From the NCBI GenBank assembly GCA_963666285.1, contig OY762711.1: 64,000 nt of DNA; one strand, 5' to 3'. Shown in pieces: positions 1 through 9,962 of the stretch (the stretch's first letter is position 1; every line of letters starts with the position of its first letter). Source of the DNA: Sedimentisphaerales bacterium (GTDB lineage Bacteria > Planctomycetota > Phycisphaerae > Sedimentisphaerales > SM23-30). The notes below the pieces were generated by a model, which saw nothing but the letters and a program-made list of their open reading frames with translations, made no database searches and had not been told where the DNA came from. Position numbers and translations under genes: made by a program.

Positions 1-666
1 AACAGACCAGTTGAGCGGGTCACGGTCGGGCACGTCGTTAGCGGAGATGATGGAATATCCGTCAATCACGATGGCGTTGCGGCATTTGGCCTGAATCCAG
101 AATGGCGGGTTGTTCTGGTCGCCGGTGAACCATTTGGTAGCAGCAGTGCCGTCGAAAGCCTTGAGCATGCCTTCGTAATCGTCTTTCTGGCCGCTGGCGG
201 TTACAGTTTGTATATCAAGCCCGTCAATAAAATCGAAATAGAGGTCGCCAAAGGTCTGGTAAGCACCAAACCCGTCACGGAGACCTTTGAGCTGCGGCAT
301 AAGAGAATTGACTTCATCGTATTTTTTCTGGTCGAGCAGCCTTCGTATTTGGGCGAGTATAGCGGTACGGTCGGTATTGTTGCCGCCGGTATAGGAAGCT
401 AATTCACCGGGGCCGCCGGTCCAAAGGCTTTTTTCGTTTAGATTGATATGCTCCTGGCGGACGCCACCGAAGACCATACCGCCGATATAGCCGTTGCCAA
501 GCGGCAGAGCCTGCGATTCCCAGTCATATGCGGGAGTGCTATACCAGAGGGTAAGGTCTGAACAGCTGTCGAAAGCCGGACCGGGCTCACCCGCTGCCCG
601 GGTGATTTGCGGAGTTATACATAAAATAATAGTGAGAAAACTTAAAACATAAGAATAATACTTCAT
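1..666 (-). CDS. Secreted GH95-like alpha-L-fucosidase, N-terminal part (runs off the left edge), with an F5/8-type-C-like insertion
   Basis: Not in the ORF track. Manual translation from ATG at 666 (AAGAGG upstream) gives MKYYSYVLSFLTIILCITPQITRAAG...LTLWYSTPAYDWESQALPLGNGYIGGMVFGGVRQEHINLNEKSLWTGGP, the typical GH95 N-terminal motif. The frame is open to base 1. Confidence 0.85.
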   Translation of the reverse strand, partial: MKYYSYVLSFLTIILCITPQITRAAGEPGPAFDSCSDLTLWYSTPAYDWESQALPLGNGYIGGMVFGGVRQEHINLNEKSLWTGGPGELASYTGGNNTDRTAILAQIRRLLDQKKYDEVNSLMPQLKGLRDGFGAYQTFGDLYFDFIDGLDIQTVTASGQKDDYEGMLKAFDGTAATKWFTGDQNNPPFWIQAKCRNAIVIDGYSIISANDVPDRDPLNWSV

Positions 667-716
667 AAACAAGACCTCTTTCAAAGTAAGTAATATTTAG
701 AAAACATTCAACGAAA

Positions 717-1118
717 TCACTTATTATTGTAAGCAATACAGGAAGCCATGGCAATACCACCGGCGTGGCTGATACTGATATCAAAGGCGGTGATGCCGAT
801 CTGGTCGGCTTTTTCCCGGGCGATGCCGGAAATGGTAACAAAAGGTCGACCAAGATCATCATTTTGGGTTTCGATATCGGTCATATTTATGCCACCGCGT
901 AGTCCGGTGCCAAGAGCTTTCAGGAGAGCTTCCTTAACTGCATACCGCCCTGCCAGTCTTTCGGCAGGATTTTTTTTGAATCGTGCGGCATATTCAATTT
1001 CCTTTTCGGTGAAGATTCTGCCGAGCCCGTCGAGCCCGTGCCGTTCGATCATCTGTTCAATGCGGCTGATCTCTACCAGGTCGATACCATGACTAATAAA
1101 ATTACCATTTATGTCCAT
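717..1118 (-). CDS. acpS: Holo-[acyl-carrier-protein] synthase
   Basis: HGIDLVEISRI, AGRYAVKEALLKALGTG and ISISH motifs. Confidence 0.93.
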   Translation of the reverse strand: MDINGNFISHGIDLVEISRIEQMIERHGLDGLGRIFTEKEIEYAARFKKNPAERLAGRYAVKEALLKALGTGLRGGINMTDIETQNDDLGRPFVTISGIAREKADQIGITAFDISISHAGGIAMASCIAYNNK

Positions 1119-1134
1119 ATCACAATCTCACAAA

Positions 1135-2565
1135 TTACCAAGCCAATAAAAGTACAGTAAGGACGAACACCAGGATAACGCCAAGTTTGATGAGTCTGAG
1201 TTTTTTTCTGAAACTTTTCAACATTCCCGGCTTAACGGAAAGCTCGAACAGAAGCTCCATCCTGTTGGATAAGCTGGAATGACGCCATGACCTGGCGGTA
1301 ACCGACATACCGTTAATGAATGACAGCCGCTGAAGTGAAGAAGTCATAATTGCCGAGCCGATAGAACTGAGTCGCCCGTCTATGCCAGGCTGGAAATTAT
1401 CAGCAGCTTCGGCACCATAGATATCGGCCTCACATTCCAGGTTTCTAGAGATAAACCCAAATACCGAAAGGCCGATTAGCAAAGAAATCAGCCCGAGGCT
1501 ATAACCGATAGCCTCCTGACTCCATGCAGGCCAATATTCCGGAACATAGGCCAGTGCCTCCTCAACAAACATTCCGAACATGGAAATAATGGAAATAACA
1601 GCCAGCAGCAGCAGCGGCATATGTTTATGGTATATATGGCCGGCCTCATGGCCGAAAACGGCACGCAGCTGGTCAGGGGTTAAGTTTTCAAGGAGCCTGT
1701 CGCTAACGATAACATAGCGCAGGACCGGGAGTAATCCGGTAACAGCGGCATTGCCGACCATTCGATATGTTTTCCAAAGCAGGATATTACTGTATTTGAG
1801 ATTTATACTTTTACAGAAGGCCTCAAGATGGTCACGCTGCGGGCCCTGCGGCATTGAACTGGTCATCCAGACATAACGCAGAATAAGCGGCGCAAACAAA
1901 TATGCCAGGCCGATAGCGACAACTGACAGAAAAGCTTTTAAATATGAAATAGAAGAGTCGGGCGTATCAGAAGGATAGCGGCTGTCGATATATTCAAAGA
2001 TAGAAGTCCCTGCATCGGCCATAAATGTGATAAACAGAATGGGAACTATAATACCAAGAAGATTATGTCGTAAATGGTAGGTAAGATAGCCGGATCTTGA
2101 CCATATGCCGGAATCGGGGTCACATTGTGCGGGCAGGCATCCCTTGCGACAATATATATCAAGTTCATAGCAGAAATATAGCTGCAAAAAGATTAGAATA
2201 ATAAACGGGAGCATCCAGAGCAGCATTTGCAGCATATAAATATCAGTAATATACTCCGCAAAGCGTCCCCAACCGAGCACAAAGCTGAATATTCCGGCCA
2301 GAAAAACGGTGCCGGTCCGCCATAAGGAAATAATCTTTGCGGCCTTGCTGACATACCTGCCTTTGCGAATAGCTGCGGCAATAATACTATTGACTGAAAA
2401 CACCGAGATGGCAAACAGAACAATCAGGCCACCGGTAATGCCGGCGAGCAGCCAGGGTTTATCAGCAAAAACAGCCCAGTATTGCCCCTGCTGATTATCT
2501 TCACCGGTAACGGCCTGGCCGCCGACAACCATAAGAATAATACCGATTATAATTGAAATCTGCAT
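1135..2565 (-). CDS. M48 family (HtpX/Ste24-like) membrane zinc metalloprotease
   Basis: Multiple TM segments, NAAVTG, HEAGH zinc motif and ECEAD. The ATG at 2565 is preferred over the TTG at 2577. Confidence 0.85.
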   Translation of the reverse strand: MQISIIIGIILMVVGGQAVTGEDNQQGQYWAVFADKPWLLAGITGGLIVLFAISVFSVNSIIAAAIRKGRYVSKAAKIISLWRTGTVFLAGIFSFVLGWGRFAEYITDIYMLQMLLWMLPFIILIFLQLYFCYELDIYCRKGCLPAQCDPDSGIWSRSGYLTYHLRHNLLGIIVPILFITFMADAGTSIFEYIDSRYPSDTPDSSISYLKAFLSVVAIGLAYLFAPLILRYVWMTSSMPQGPQRDHLEAFCKSINLKYSNILLWKTYRMVGNAAVTGLLPVLRYVIVSDRLLENLTPDQLRAVFGHEAGHIYHKHMPLLLLAVISIISMFGMFVEEALAYVPEYWPAWSQEAIGYSLGLISLLIGLSVFGFISRNLECEADIYGAEAADNFQPGIDGRLSSIGSAIMTSSLQRLSFINGMSVTARSWRHSSLSNRMELLFELSVKPGMLKSFRKKLRLIKLGVILVFVLTVLLLAW

Positions 2566-2583
2566 CAGGTTTCTCAAAAGACC

Positions 2584-2611
2584 AAAAGCTCCGCAAAATC
2601 ACGGAGCTTTT
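2584..2611 (-). terminator. Intrinsic terminator-like hairpin after the TPR lipoprotein gene
   Basis: aaaagctccg-N8-cggagctttt perfect inverted repeat with T-runs. Confidence 0.65.
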
Positions 2612-2678
2612 GTTTTATCAATATAAACCCAGCTGCCAGTCCATTGAAGATCGGTAACCGGATTAGAAAAATCAAAAT

Positions 2679-3458
2679 CTATTTGCTGTTGATAGCTTTA
2701 ATCCTGTTTTTGGCATAAGTAACATTTGCGGTATAAGCCGGCTCTAACTGGATAGCTTTTTCATAAAATTCGCAAGCGCGAGTATAATTATGGAACTCAT
2801 CATCATAAATTTTAGCAACTGCAAATCTAGCAGAATACGGATTGTCAGAATCCCATTGCCATACTCTTTGGTAATAGAACATAGCAACATAGCAATCGTC
2901 GAGGTCGCGATTATAAATTTCAGCAATCTGCCAGGCAGCATCATCAATCTTGTCACTGGTAGGATAAGTAGCAATAAGATTTTCCAGTTTTTCCTTGGCA
3001 GCGAGCAGCCCTTTCATATCACTAAAGACACCGCGAGAATCGGTAATCTGTTGGACAGCTTCCATGTATATTCCGTCAGCTTCAGCAATCGATTCGGAGG
3101 CTTCCAGGTCCGGGCTGGTAATTTCAGCGACAACGATATAAGGCCTCTTGTCAATCTTTGCCAAGGCGTCCAATTCCTGCTTGGCCCATACAGCTTTCAT
3201 CTGGTTGCCCTGACGATCATAGAATTTGCCGAGTTTTTCCAGCTGTTCGATATAACTGCTGCGATAGGAAACCATCTGTTCAACGAGCTGAACCTCGGTA
3301 GCACGAATAGCATCATCTTCGATAAATTTCAGCGGATCACCAGCTACTTCGACCACTTTCGGCTCTTTGCTTTCCTGAACTTCCTGAGGAGTCGGATTGC
3401 CACAACCAGAGATCAATAATGCCGCAAATACCATAAGGATCAATGATAGTTTTTTCAT
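2679..3458 (-). CDS. TPR-containing lipoprotein
   Basis: Signal peptide with lipobox LISGC; TPR-like helices (YPTSDKIDDAAWQIAEIY; ACEFYEKAIQLEP). Confidence 0.8.
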   Translation of the reverse strand: MKKLSLILMVFAALLISGCGNPTPQEVQESKEPKVVEVAGDPLKFIEDDAIRATEVQLVEQMVSYRSSYIEQLEKLGKFYDRQGNQMKAVWAKQELDALAKIDKRPYIVVAEITSPDLEASESIAEADGIYMEAVQQITDSRGVFSDMKGLLAAKEKLENLIATYPTSDKIDDAAWQIAEIYNRDLDDCYVAMFYYQRVWQWDSDNPYSARFAVAKIYDDEFHNYTRACEFYEKAIQLEPAYTANVTYAKNRIKAINSK

Positions 3459-3667
3459 TTAAGGCTCCTGTCTTTCTTCGCAATTAAATTATAAGACAAA
3501 TATTCATAAGAACTTACAAATATAAGTCGTCATTTGTAAATCATACACAATCTGCACTAAGTACTGACAGTATATGATTTTAGCGACCATAGGCCATTTT
3601 GCAAGATGAAAATCACAGCATTTGAAGGAATAGAGGATAATTTATGTCAATAAAAAGCAGAAAACAT

Positions 3668-3695
3668 GGAACTATTCACCGGGTTGGTTGTATCA
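3668..3695 (+). promoter_or_regulatory. Candidate ECF-sigma (autoregulatory) promoter
   Basis: GGAACT-N16-GTATCA about 35 nt upstream of the ECF sigma gene; fits the general ECF -35 GGAAC / -10 GTA pattern. Confidence 0.5.
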
Positions 3696-3730
3696 CTAAT
3701 AGTAAGTTAATCCAATAAAAGAAAAAATCA

Positions 3731-4264
3731 ATGGTTGATGAAGAAATCATAATTAAAGAAATACTAAGCGGAAATACAGAATCATTCAAAGTTCTTGTGC
3801 AAAGGTACGAGAGACCTGTTATCAGCATGGTAAAAAACCTGATTGGCGACTTTCACGAGTGTGAAGATATCGCCCAGGATGTTTTCCTTGAAGTATACAA
3901 TAAACTTGGTTCATTTAACGCCGAAAAGGGCAAATTTTCCACGTGGCTTTTTACCATAGCCAGAAATAAGAGTATAAATATATTGAAAAAGAAACGACCG
4001 GTAATAACAGATGAATTTCCGGAGCTGCCGGCAACCAATACGCCAATAGAAGAGCTAACAGAAAAAGAAATATTCGAGCTTTTGGATAAAGTCCTTCAAA
4101 CACTATCGACTGAACATAAAACCGCATTTGTCCTGGCGGAATTTGAAAACCTGTCTTACGAAGAAATTGCTCAAATCGAAGGTATAAAAACCGGTACTGT
4201 AAAATCCAGAATAAACAGGGCAAAGGAAAAATTGCGAAAAGCAGTAAAAGGTATAGAGCTATGA
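3731..4264 (+). CDS. ECF RNA polymerase sigma factor
   Basis: Region 2 (EDIAQDVFL...FSTWLFTIARN) and region 4 (LSYEEIAQIEGIKTGTVKSRINRAK). Confidence 0.95.
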   Translation: MVDEEIIIKEILSGNTESFKVLVQRYERPVISMVKNLIGDFHECEDIAQDVFLEVYNKLGSFNAEKGKFSTWLFTIARNKSINILKKKRPVITDEFPELPATNTPIEELTEKEIFELLDKVLQTLSTEHKTAFVLAEFENLSYEEIAQIEGIKTGTVKSRINRAKEKLRKAVKGIEL

Positions 4265-4512
4265 ACAATAGACATTACGACAAATGGGTAACCAGTAAAA
4301 GCGAATTTACAATAAGTGACAATTTCGCCGACGAAGTTATGCAAAAGATAAGTCAGCAGGATAATGACACAAGTAAAAAGTACAGCAAGATACCTGGTTT
4401 TCTCTTATCAATATACAATACGAGACTGGCGAAGGCTGGTATCTTTATAACAGCAGCAATGTTAGGTGTTTCGAGAGTTCTACTGATAATTTACCTTGTT
4501 TTTGAATTATAA
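4261..4512 (+). CDS. Small membrane protein, probable anti-sigma factor
   Basis: ATGA overlap with the sigma stop codon; 'FADEVMQKI' motif common in anti-sigma factors; C-terminal TM helix. Confidence 0.65.
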   Translation: MNNRHYDKWVTSKSEFTISDNFADEVMQKISQQDNDTSKKYSKIPGFLLSIYNTRLAKAGIFITAAMLGVSRVLLIIYLVFEL

Positions 4513-4596
4513 CAAACTCAAACAGAGCGATTGAATTGAAGTGATATTTCAATATAAAGTGCCAAATCAGTCACTTCGAATAAAAAGGAATATGCC

Positions 4597-5517
4597 ATGG
4601 AAACAAATAAATATACAAGAAAAGGCTCAACTGCATTATTGCTGTCAATGATTATGCCGGGACTTGGCCAGATATATTGCGGGGCATTTACAACGGGCTT
4701 AATAATAGCATTTATCGGCATAATACTAATCCCGGTTATAGGCTTCTCAATTATCAGTGAGAATACTACCATGATTATCTTGAGCTGTACAGCTACAGTA
4801 ATATATATGCCGGCAGCCATGGCGGATGCTATTATTCGAGCCAGGCGTGTTGGCAAAGAATATCAACTGAAAGAATATAACCGCTGGTATGTTTACCTGC
4901 TGCTGGTACTGATAAGTATGGGTGGCGTACTGCCTACGGTACTGGTCGTTAAGAGCTATGTAGCTGAAGCATTTATTGTGCCGGTAGCGTCGAATTACCC
5001 ATCTATCCTGCCGGGCGAGCGTGTCCTGACAAACAAGTTGGTGTATAAGAAACACGAGCCAAATCGTGGCGAGATGATAGTATTTATCAACCCTCAAAAC
5101 AGGCATATTAAATATATCAAAAGAATAATCGCTATTGCAGGTGAAAGCGTTGAAATTCGTGACAATGATGTCTATGTGAATGACATAAAACTTGAAAGAG
5201 AAGCAATATCCAACCAATATCTCAACGACATAAGTATCAATATAGAAGGTCAGCCGCTAACCGGTAAAGGATATTATGAGACAAGCGGAAATAACACCTA
5301 TAAAATATTCCTGGCTGACCTGCCACACGATAAAGCATCACATAACATGGCGAAAATAACAGTTCCTGCCAATCACTGCTTTGTACTGGGCGACAACCGG
5401 AACCTGACCGAAGACAGTCGAGTATTTGGCCCGGTTCCGCTGGCGACAATAATCGGAAAAGCTGAATATTTATATTTTCCGAGTAAAGACTGGTCCAGAT
5501 TTGGCAAACTACAATAA
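4597..5517 (+). CDS. lepB: Signal peptidase I with an extended multi-TM N-terminus
   Basis: PVASNYPSI (Ser), YIKRIIA (Lys), FVLGDNR..DSRVFG; N-terminal MPGLGQIY membrane domain. Confidence 0.9.
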   Translation: METNKYTRKGSTALLLSMIMPGLGQIYCGAFTTGLIIAFIGIILIPVIGFSIISENTTMIILSCTATVIYMPAAMADAIIRARRVGKEYQLKEYNRWYVYLLLVLISMGGVLPTVLVVKSYVAEAFIVPVASNYPSILPGERVLTNKLVYKKHEPNRGEMIVFINPQNRHIKYIKRIIAIAGESVEIRDNDVYVNDIKLEREAISNQYLNDISINIEGQPLTGKGYYETSGNNTYKIFLADLPHDKASHNMAKITVPANHCFVLGDNRNLTEDSRVFGPVPLATIIGKAEYLYFPSKDWSRFGKLQ

Positions 5518-5520
5518 CAG

Positions 5521-5551
5521 TACTCAAACTGCCCGATGGCCAGTTTGAGTA
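5521..5551. terminator. Hairpin between convergent lepB and sulfatase genes
   Basis: tactcaaactg-N9-cagtttgagta. Confidence 0.55.
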
Positions 5552-5566
5552 ACAGTATAGAATTCG

Positions 5567-6853
5567 TTATTGGCCAATACTTTTCCAGTAGTCCTTACTT
5601 ACCTCTTTAAGATGCGAGACAATATCAGGGTGATCAGCGGCCTGGTTATTTGCTTCACCAAGATCGTTTGGAATATCGTACAATTCTGTTTTATCGCCCT
5701 GAACAATCAGTTTCCAGTTGTCTTCACGTACAGCATATCTCTTGTCGCTATACTTCCAGTTAAAACTCTTATGCAGAGTAGTATGATCAGGAGACTTGAC
5801 AACCGGCAGCAGGCTTTTGCCATCGATTTTATGGTCAGCAGCAGGCAGCCCGCAAAGTTCGAGGATGGTCGGATACCAGTCGCAACCGGTAACCATCTGG
5901 GATCGAACCTGGTCCTGCGGCAGATGTCCGGGCCAAGAGATGATAGCCGGGATACGCAAGCCGCCCTCGTAGAGGCTGAACTTTTCGCCGCGATACGGTC
6001 CGGAGTTGCCGCCGCCGGAATGGGCACGAACCTCTTTTGATGCACCATGGTCTGACTGATAGATAATAATAGTGTCATCTCTTAGCCCCAGCGAATCCAG
6101 TTTTCCGAGCAGGCTACCGATACGTTCGTCAGCGGTAGAGACAAAAGCGGCATAAAGATTGCGAGGGTAAGGCAGGTCCTTGTAATATTCGAGCCATTTC
6201 GGTTCGCCCTGATATGGGTAATGCGGATTGTTCATGGCATAGTAAATGAAGAAAGGCTTGTCCTTGTTTTTGTCGAGGAATTCTTCAGCCTCTTTAAGCA
6301 TGAGGTCAGGGAAATACTGGCCGGGATAATGAACCTCTTTGCCGTTACGCCAGAGGTCATGCTTGTTGGGGCCGTCCCAATAGAAGAAATGGGAATAATT
6401 ATCAATACATCCGACCAGATGGCCAAAGCTGTGATCGAAGCCTTGTGCGTTAGGGATGGTATCTGCGTGATGGCCCAGGTGCCATTTACCGATATGTGCG
6501 GTGGCATAGCCGGCTTTTTTGAGCTCCTCAGCAATAGTAACCTGTGCAGACGGCATACCTTCAGCATTTATCCCGACATTGCCGTGCAATCCGCCATGCT
6601 GCGGGGTACGGCCGGTTAAAAGAGCAACTCGTGAAGGAGAGCAAACCGAGGCGGCGGCATAAAACTGGGTGAACCTGACGCCACGTTTTGCCAGGCTGTC
6701 CATGTGCGGGGTTACCAGGTCTTTGGCACCGTAAACATTCATATCAATCGAACCCTGATCATCGGTAAAGATAATAATAACATTTGGTTTCCGGGCGAAA
6801 AGACTGGAAGATAACAACAAACAAGACAAAACAATAAAACAATACTTTTTCAT
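5567..6853 (-). CDS. Secreted formylglycine-dependent (S1) sulfatase
   Basis: PNVIIIFTDDQG, CSPSRVALLTGR and GKWHLG motifs; signal peptide from ATG at 6853. Confidence 0.93.
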   Translation of the reverse strand: MKKYCFIVLSCLLLSSSLFARKPNVIIIFTDDQGSIDMNVYGAKDLVTPHMDSLAKRGVRFTQFYAAASVCSPSRVALLTGRTPQHGGLHGNVGINAEGMPSAQVTIAEELKKAGYATAHIGKWHLGHHADTIPNAQGFDHSFGHLVGCIDNYSHFFYWDGPNKHDLWRNGKEVHYPGQYFPDLMLKEAEEFLDKNKDKPFFIYYAMNNPHYPYQGEPKWLEYYKDLPYPRNLYAAFVSTADERIGSLLGKLDSLGLRDDTIIIYQSDHGASKEVRAHSGGGNSGPYRGEKFSLYEGGLRIPAIISWPGHLPQDQVRSQMVTGCDWYPTILELCGLPAADHKIDGKSLLPVVKSPDHTTLHKSFNWKYSDKRYAVREDNWKLIVQGDKTELYDIPNDLGEANNQAADHPDIVSHLKEVSKDYWKSIGQ

Positions 6854-6904
6854 TTTTTCAACCTTACTAATTTTCAATGCTTAAGGCAACCTTAATAAAA
6901 ACAA

Positions 6905-7534
6905 TTATAATTCTATTAGTATCGCCCTTGTCGGTACAGCTTCGGCATTGTGGACCTTGAGCGGGAGCCCGCAATAGGCATAATCACCTGGCGGTACGCC
7001 GGTAAGCGAAAGATTTTCAACAATAACAATTTCACCGGCAAGCAGGATCTTATGGATAAGATGATCGTGAGAATCCTGCGGGTCAACAGACATTTTTTCG
7101 ACACCGATCAGTTTGACACCGGAGTTTAGTATCAATTCAGCCGCTTCCGGGTGGATAACAAGCTCATCGCCAAGTGTTTTTATGAGAAGCCGTTCAGGTT
7201 TATCAAACAAAACCGGCTTGAGAAACTGTTCAGAGACTTCTACTTCGGCTTCGATAACCCGGGCCGGCCCCCAGAAGACATCAAGCGGAATTTGATCGGC
7301 GGATTTACCGCCTTTGAAGAAATGGGACGGGAAATCGATATGTGTCCCGGCATGGCTGGACATTTCAAACCATGAGAGGGAATAACCATCATTTTCCAGG
7401 GAAGCCTGCATATGGCGTGAAAAAGGTTTATCACCCGGCCAAACTTCCGTCTCACTAGATAATGAATTGCTTATATCGTATATCTTCACAGGGCACTTGC
7501 CTGACCAAACCCAGCCGCCCAAAAGAGGCGGCAT
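6905..7534 (-). CDS. Cyclase family protein (kynurenine formamidase-like)
   Basis: HAGTHIDFPSHF motif, VENL; start position uncertain. Confidence 0.85.
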   Translation of the reverse strand: MPPLLGGWVWSGKCPVKIYDISNSLSSETEVWPGDKPFSRHMQASLENDGYSLSWFEMSSHAGTHIDFPSHFFKGGKSADQIPLDVFWGPARVIEAEVEVSEQFLKPVLFDKPERLLIKTLGDELVIHPEAAELILNSGVKLIGVEKMSVDPQDSHDHLIHKILLAGEIVIVENLSLTGVPPGDYAYCGLPLKVHNAEAVPTRAILIEL

Positions 7535-7663
7535 AACCTAATTCGCAATCTCTCCAATTGTCCAACGCCATAGTGACAATAAAATAAAGAGATGCGAAGA
7601 CGAACTTAATACAAACTTCGCATCTATATATTTTATGTTATAAGCGTTCAGACAAAAACGCTC

Positions 7664-7900
7664 TTACTGGACAGCGATAACTTCTTCGATTTCAGGAATG
7701 TCTTCGCGAAGTTTGCGTTCGATACCCATTTTGAGAGTCATCGCAGCACCTGGACAGCCCTGACATGCTCCCTGGAAACGGATCTTAACGACCATTCCGT
7801 CGATTCCCACTAATTCGCAATCACCACCATCATTCTGAAGCATAGGCCTGATTGTATCGATGCTATCCTGTACGCGCTGTTCAAAAGTTTTTTCTGACAT
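7664..7900 (-). CDS. NifU/Nfu-type Fe-S scaffold domain protein
   Basis: IRPMLQNDGGD...GACQGCP. Confidence 0.92.
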   Translation of the reverse strand: MSEKTFEQRVQDSIDTIRPMLQNDGGDCELVGIDGMVVKIRFQGACQGCPGAAMTLKMGIERKLREDIPEIEEVIAVQ

Positions 7901-7903
7901 CTA

Positions 7904-8392
7904 TTAGTCTCCGTCATTTAATTTATCTAAAAGTTCAATCATACTGAGTTTTGATACCGGATGAACTGCGTCCGGTGCAATCTCAGCCATTAATTCCAAA
8001 ATAAATTTTCTCTCACACATTCTCGGATGTGGTACTACCAACTGTTCCTCACCCTGATCTATTATTTCATCGCCAAAAAGCAAAATGTCAAGGTCAATTG
8101 TCCTGGGCCCGTTGGTTTTCTCCCTGATACGGTTAAGCCTGCTTTCAGTTTCGAGTAGAAAATCCAGAAGTTCCCAAGGAGTAAGCTCACATCTAAGCTC
8201 GGTAATAGCATTATAATATGCACCCTGCTCCGGACCGCCCAACGGCTCAGTCTCGACAATACTTGACAGCTTAGCCATTTCAATGCCATTAGCAGCCTCA
8301 ATATAAGCAAGTGCTTTATTGATATAACCACCCCTGTCACCGAGGTTACTTCCCAGAGCAACATAAACTATTGTTTTTTCGTCATTTGTCAT
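7904..8392 (-). CDS. folK: 2-amino-4-hydroxy-6-hydroxymethyldihydropteridine diphosphokinase
   Basis: YVALGSNLGDR, GPRTIDLDILLF and PHPR motifs. Confidence 0.95.
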   Translation of the reverse strand: MTNDEKTIVYVALGSNLGDRGGYINKALAYIEAANGIEMAKLSSIVETEPLGGPEQGAYYNAITELRCELTPWELLDFLLETESRLNRIREKTNGPRTIDLDILLFGDEIIDQGEEQLVVPHPRMCERKFILELMAEIAPDAVHPVSKLSMIELLDKLNDGD

Positions 8393-8685
8393 AAAAAATC
8401 TGCTATTATCTCAAAAACAGCATCAGCAGAGAAATCGGCAAGTCGCAAAACTTTTCTCTGATCCTTTTCGCCAGAAACAATTGTAATGCCAGATTTAGGT
8501 ATGTCCAGTGTTTTAGCTAAAAATTTAACCAGCTCTTTATTGGCCTTGCCCTTTTCCGGGGCCGCAGCAACATTGACTTTAATCGCATCACCGAGCATGC
8601 CCGCAATTTTAGTTTTGCTGCTGCCTGGAACAACCTTAATATCTATCAAACTATCTGTGCCATCTGATCTAATCGCCGGACACAT
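8389..8685 (-). CDS. DUF167 (YggU-like) protein
   Basis: KVVPGSSK...AAPEKGKANKELVKFLA...IVSGEK. Confidence 0.88.
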   Translation of the reverse strand: MCPAIRSDGTDSLIDIKVVPGSSKTKIAGMLGDAIKVNVAAAPEKGKANKELVKFLAKTLDIPKSGITIVSGEKDQRKVLRLADFSADAVFEIIADFL

Positions 8686-9031
8686 AAAGCCACTTTCAGT
8701 AAAATGAGATAAAAAAATCTCGATAAAAAATTATATATCACAGATTCATAGTAAATCATGATAATCAATCAAAACTAACACTTTTTTCGGTATTAACGTG
8801 CTAACCTCTGTAATTAAATTAGCTAAGTGCTAATTGTAGTTCATTCAGCGAAATGTATCCAACATTTTCTTCGTTGTGCGGCTCGGCATATATGATAGTT
8901 CAATATATTGGCAAATGCCATAACAAGGCCGATAAAGAGAAAATATATAATAAAAATTCAAAACTAATTGATTTCAAATAATTTATAATTACATTTCATC
9001 AAAATCCAGATTCGAAATTCATAATTTATAC

Positions 9032-9060
9032 TTGCTTTTCGCACTAAAAACGGGGATAAT
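9032..9060 (+). promoter_or_regulatory. Candidate sigma70 promoter
   Basis: TTGCTT-N17-GATAAT upstream of the 9155 ORF. Confidence 0.45.
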
Positions 9061-9154
9061 TTCTGGACTACATTAATTTATTTTTTGGAGCAATAGGCCA
9101 AAAATGACATTAAATAACAGTAATTCCTTATAATACAAGTAGATAGGAGAAGCT

Positions 9155-9871
9155 ATGGGCCCAGTTCTAACTTCGCTGGTTGACCTTCAGGCCGTGGAAA
9201 ATGAGTTACGAAACACCAAGGCCAAACTAAAAAAGGCTAACCAGGCGCTGTTAAGGCAGCAGCATAAGATAAAACAGCTTCAAGAGTCGCAGGTAGCGAA
9301 AAAAGATCAAATCCTGCAGACCCGTAAACATTACGACAGCCTGGACCTTGATAGAAAAAGCCGCGAAGATGATATTGCAAAAATGCGAGTAGCTCTAAAT
9401 TCAGCCAGAACAAATAAAGAATACAGTACTGTCCTGTCACGAATCAATACCGATAAAGCCGATCTCTCCAAATTAGAAGAAAAACTGCTCCAGATCATGA
9501 TGGAAATCGAATCATTAGAGCAGGAAACCGCTCAATTTGATGAACAGATAAAAATCGAAGATGAAAACCTGGAAAAAGTCAAAAATGACCTTGAAACGAC
9601 CAAGGAAAGTATCCAGGGCGATCTAGACTCTCTAGAAGGCAAAAAAGCCGAATTATCCAACTCAATCGATCCAAAGCACTTTGACATGTTTGACAGACTT
9701 GCCGACCGTTATGACGGAGAAGTAGTATCAGAAGTCGAACAGAAAGATCAGATATGCGGCGGGTGTTATATGAGTATCCCGCTTGAACTGGTAAACAGGC
9801 TACTGACCAGAGACGAAGTAATCACCTGTCCAAGCTGTGGCAGAATCCTGACAATAAAACAAGGATCATAA
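9155..9871 (+). CDS. Coiled-coil protein with C-terminal C4 zinc ribbon (DUF164/CT398-like)
   Basis: Long coiled coil, then CGGCYMSIP...CPSCGRIL; GGAG RBS. Confidence 0.88.
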   Translation: MGPVLTSLVDLQAVENELRNTKAKLKKANQALLRQQHKIKQLQESQVAKKDQILQTRKHYDSLDLDRKSREDDIAKMRVALNSARTNKEYSTVLSRINTDKADLSKLEEKLLQIMMEIESLEQETAQFDEQIKIEDENLEKVKNDLETTKESIQGDLDSLEGKKAELSNSIDPKHFDMFDRLADRYDGEVVSEVEQKDQICGGCYMSIPLELVNRLLTRDEVITCPSCGRILTIKQGS

Positions 9872-9877
9872 AAAAAA

Positions 9878-9911
9878 CAAAGGGTGCTATCAGACGATAG
9901 TGCCCTTTTTT
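9878..9911 (+). terminator. Intrinsic terminator (likely bidirectional)
   Basis: aaagggtgctatc-agac-gatagtgccctttttt between convergent genes. Confidence 0.7.
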
Positions 9912-9962
9912 AATAGATCTTTTTCGGACAATACTTCTCCTTTTGAACCCAAAGAAAGTGAG

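Noticed and set aside
8928..8935. GCCGATAA sigma28 -10 box (similar words near 20852, 34406 and 39438)
   Set aside because: No properly spaced TAAA -35 element, unlike the promoter upstream of the MCP gene.
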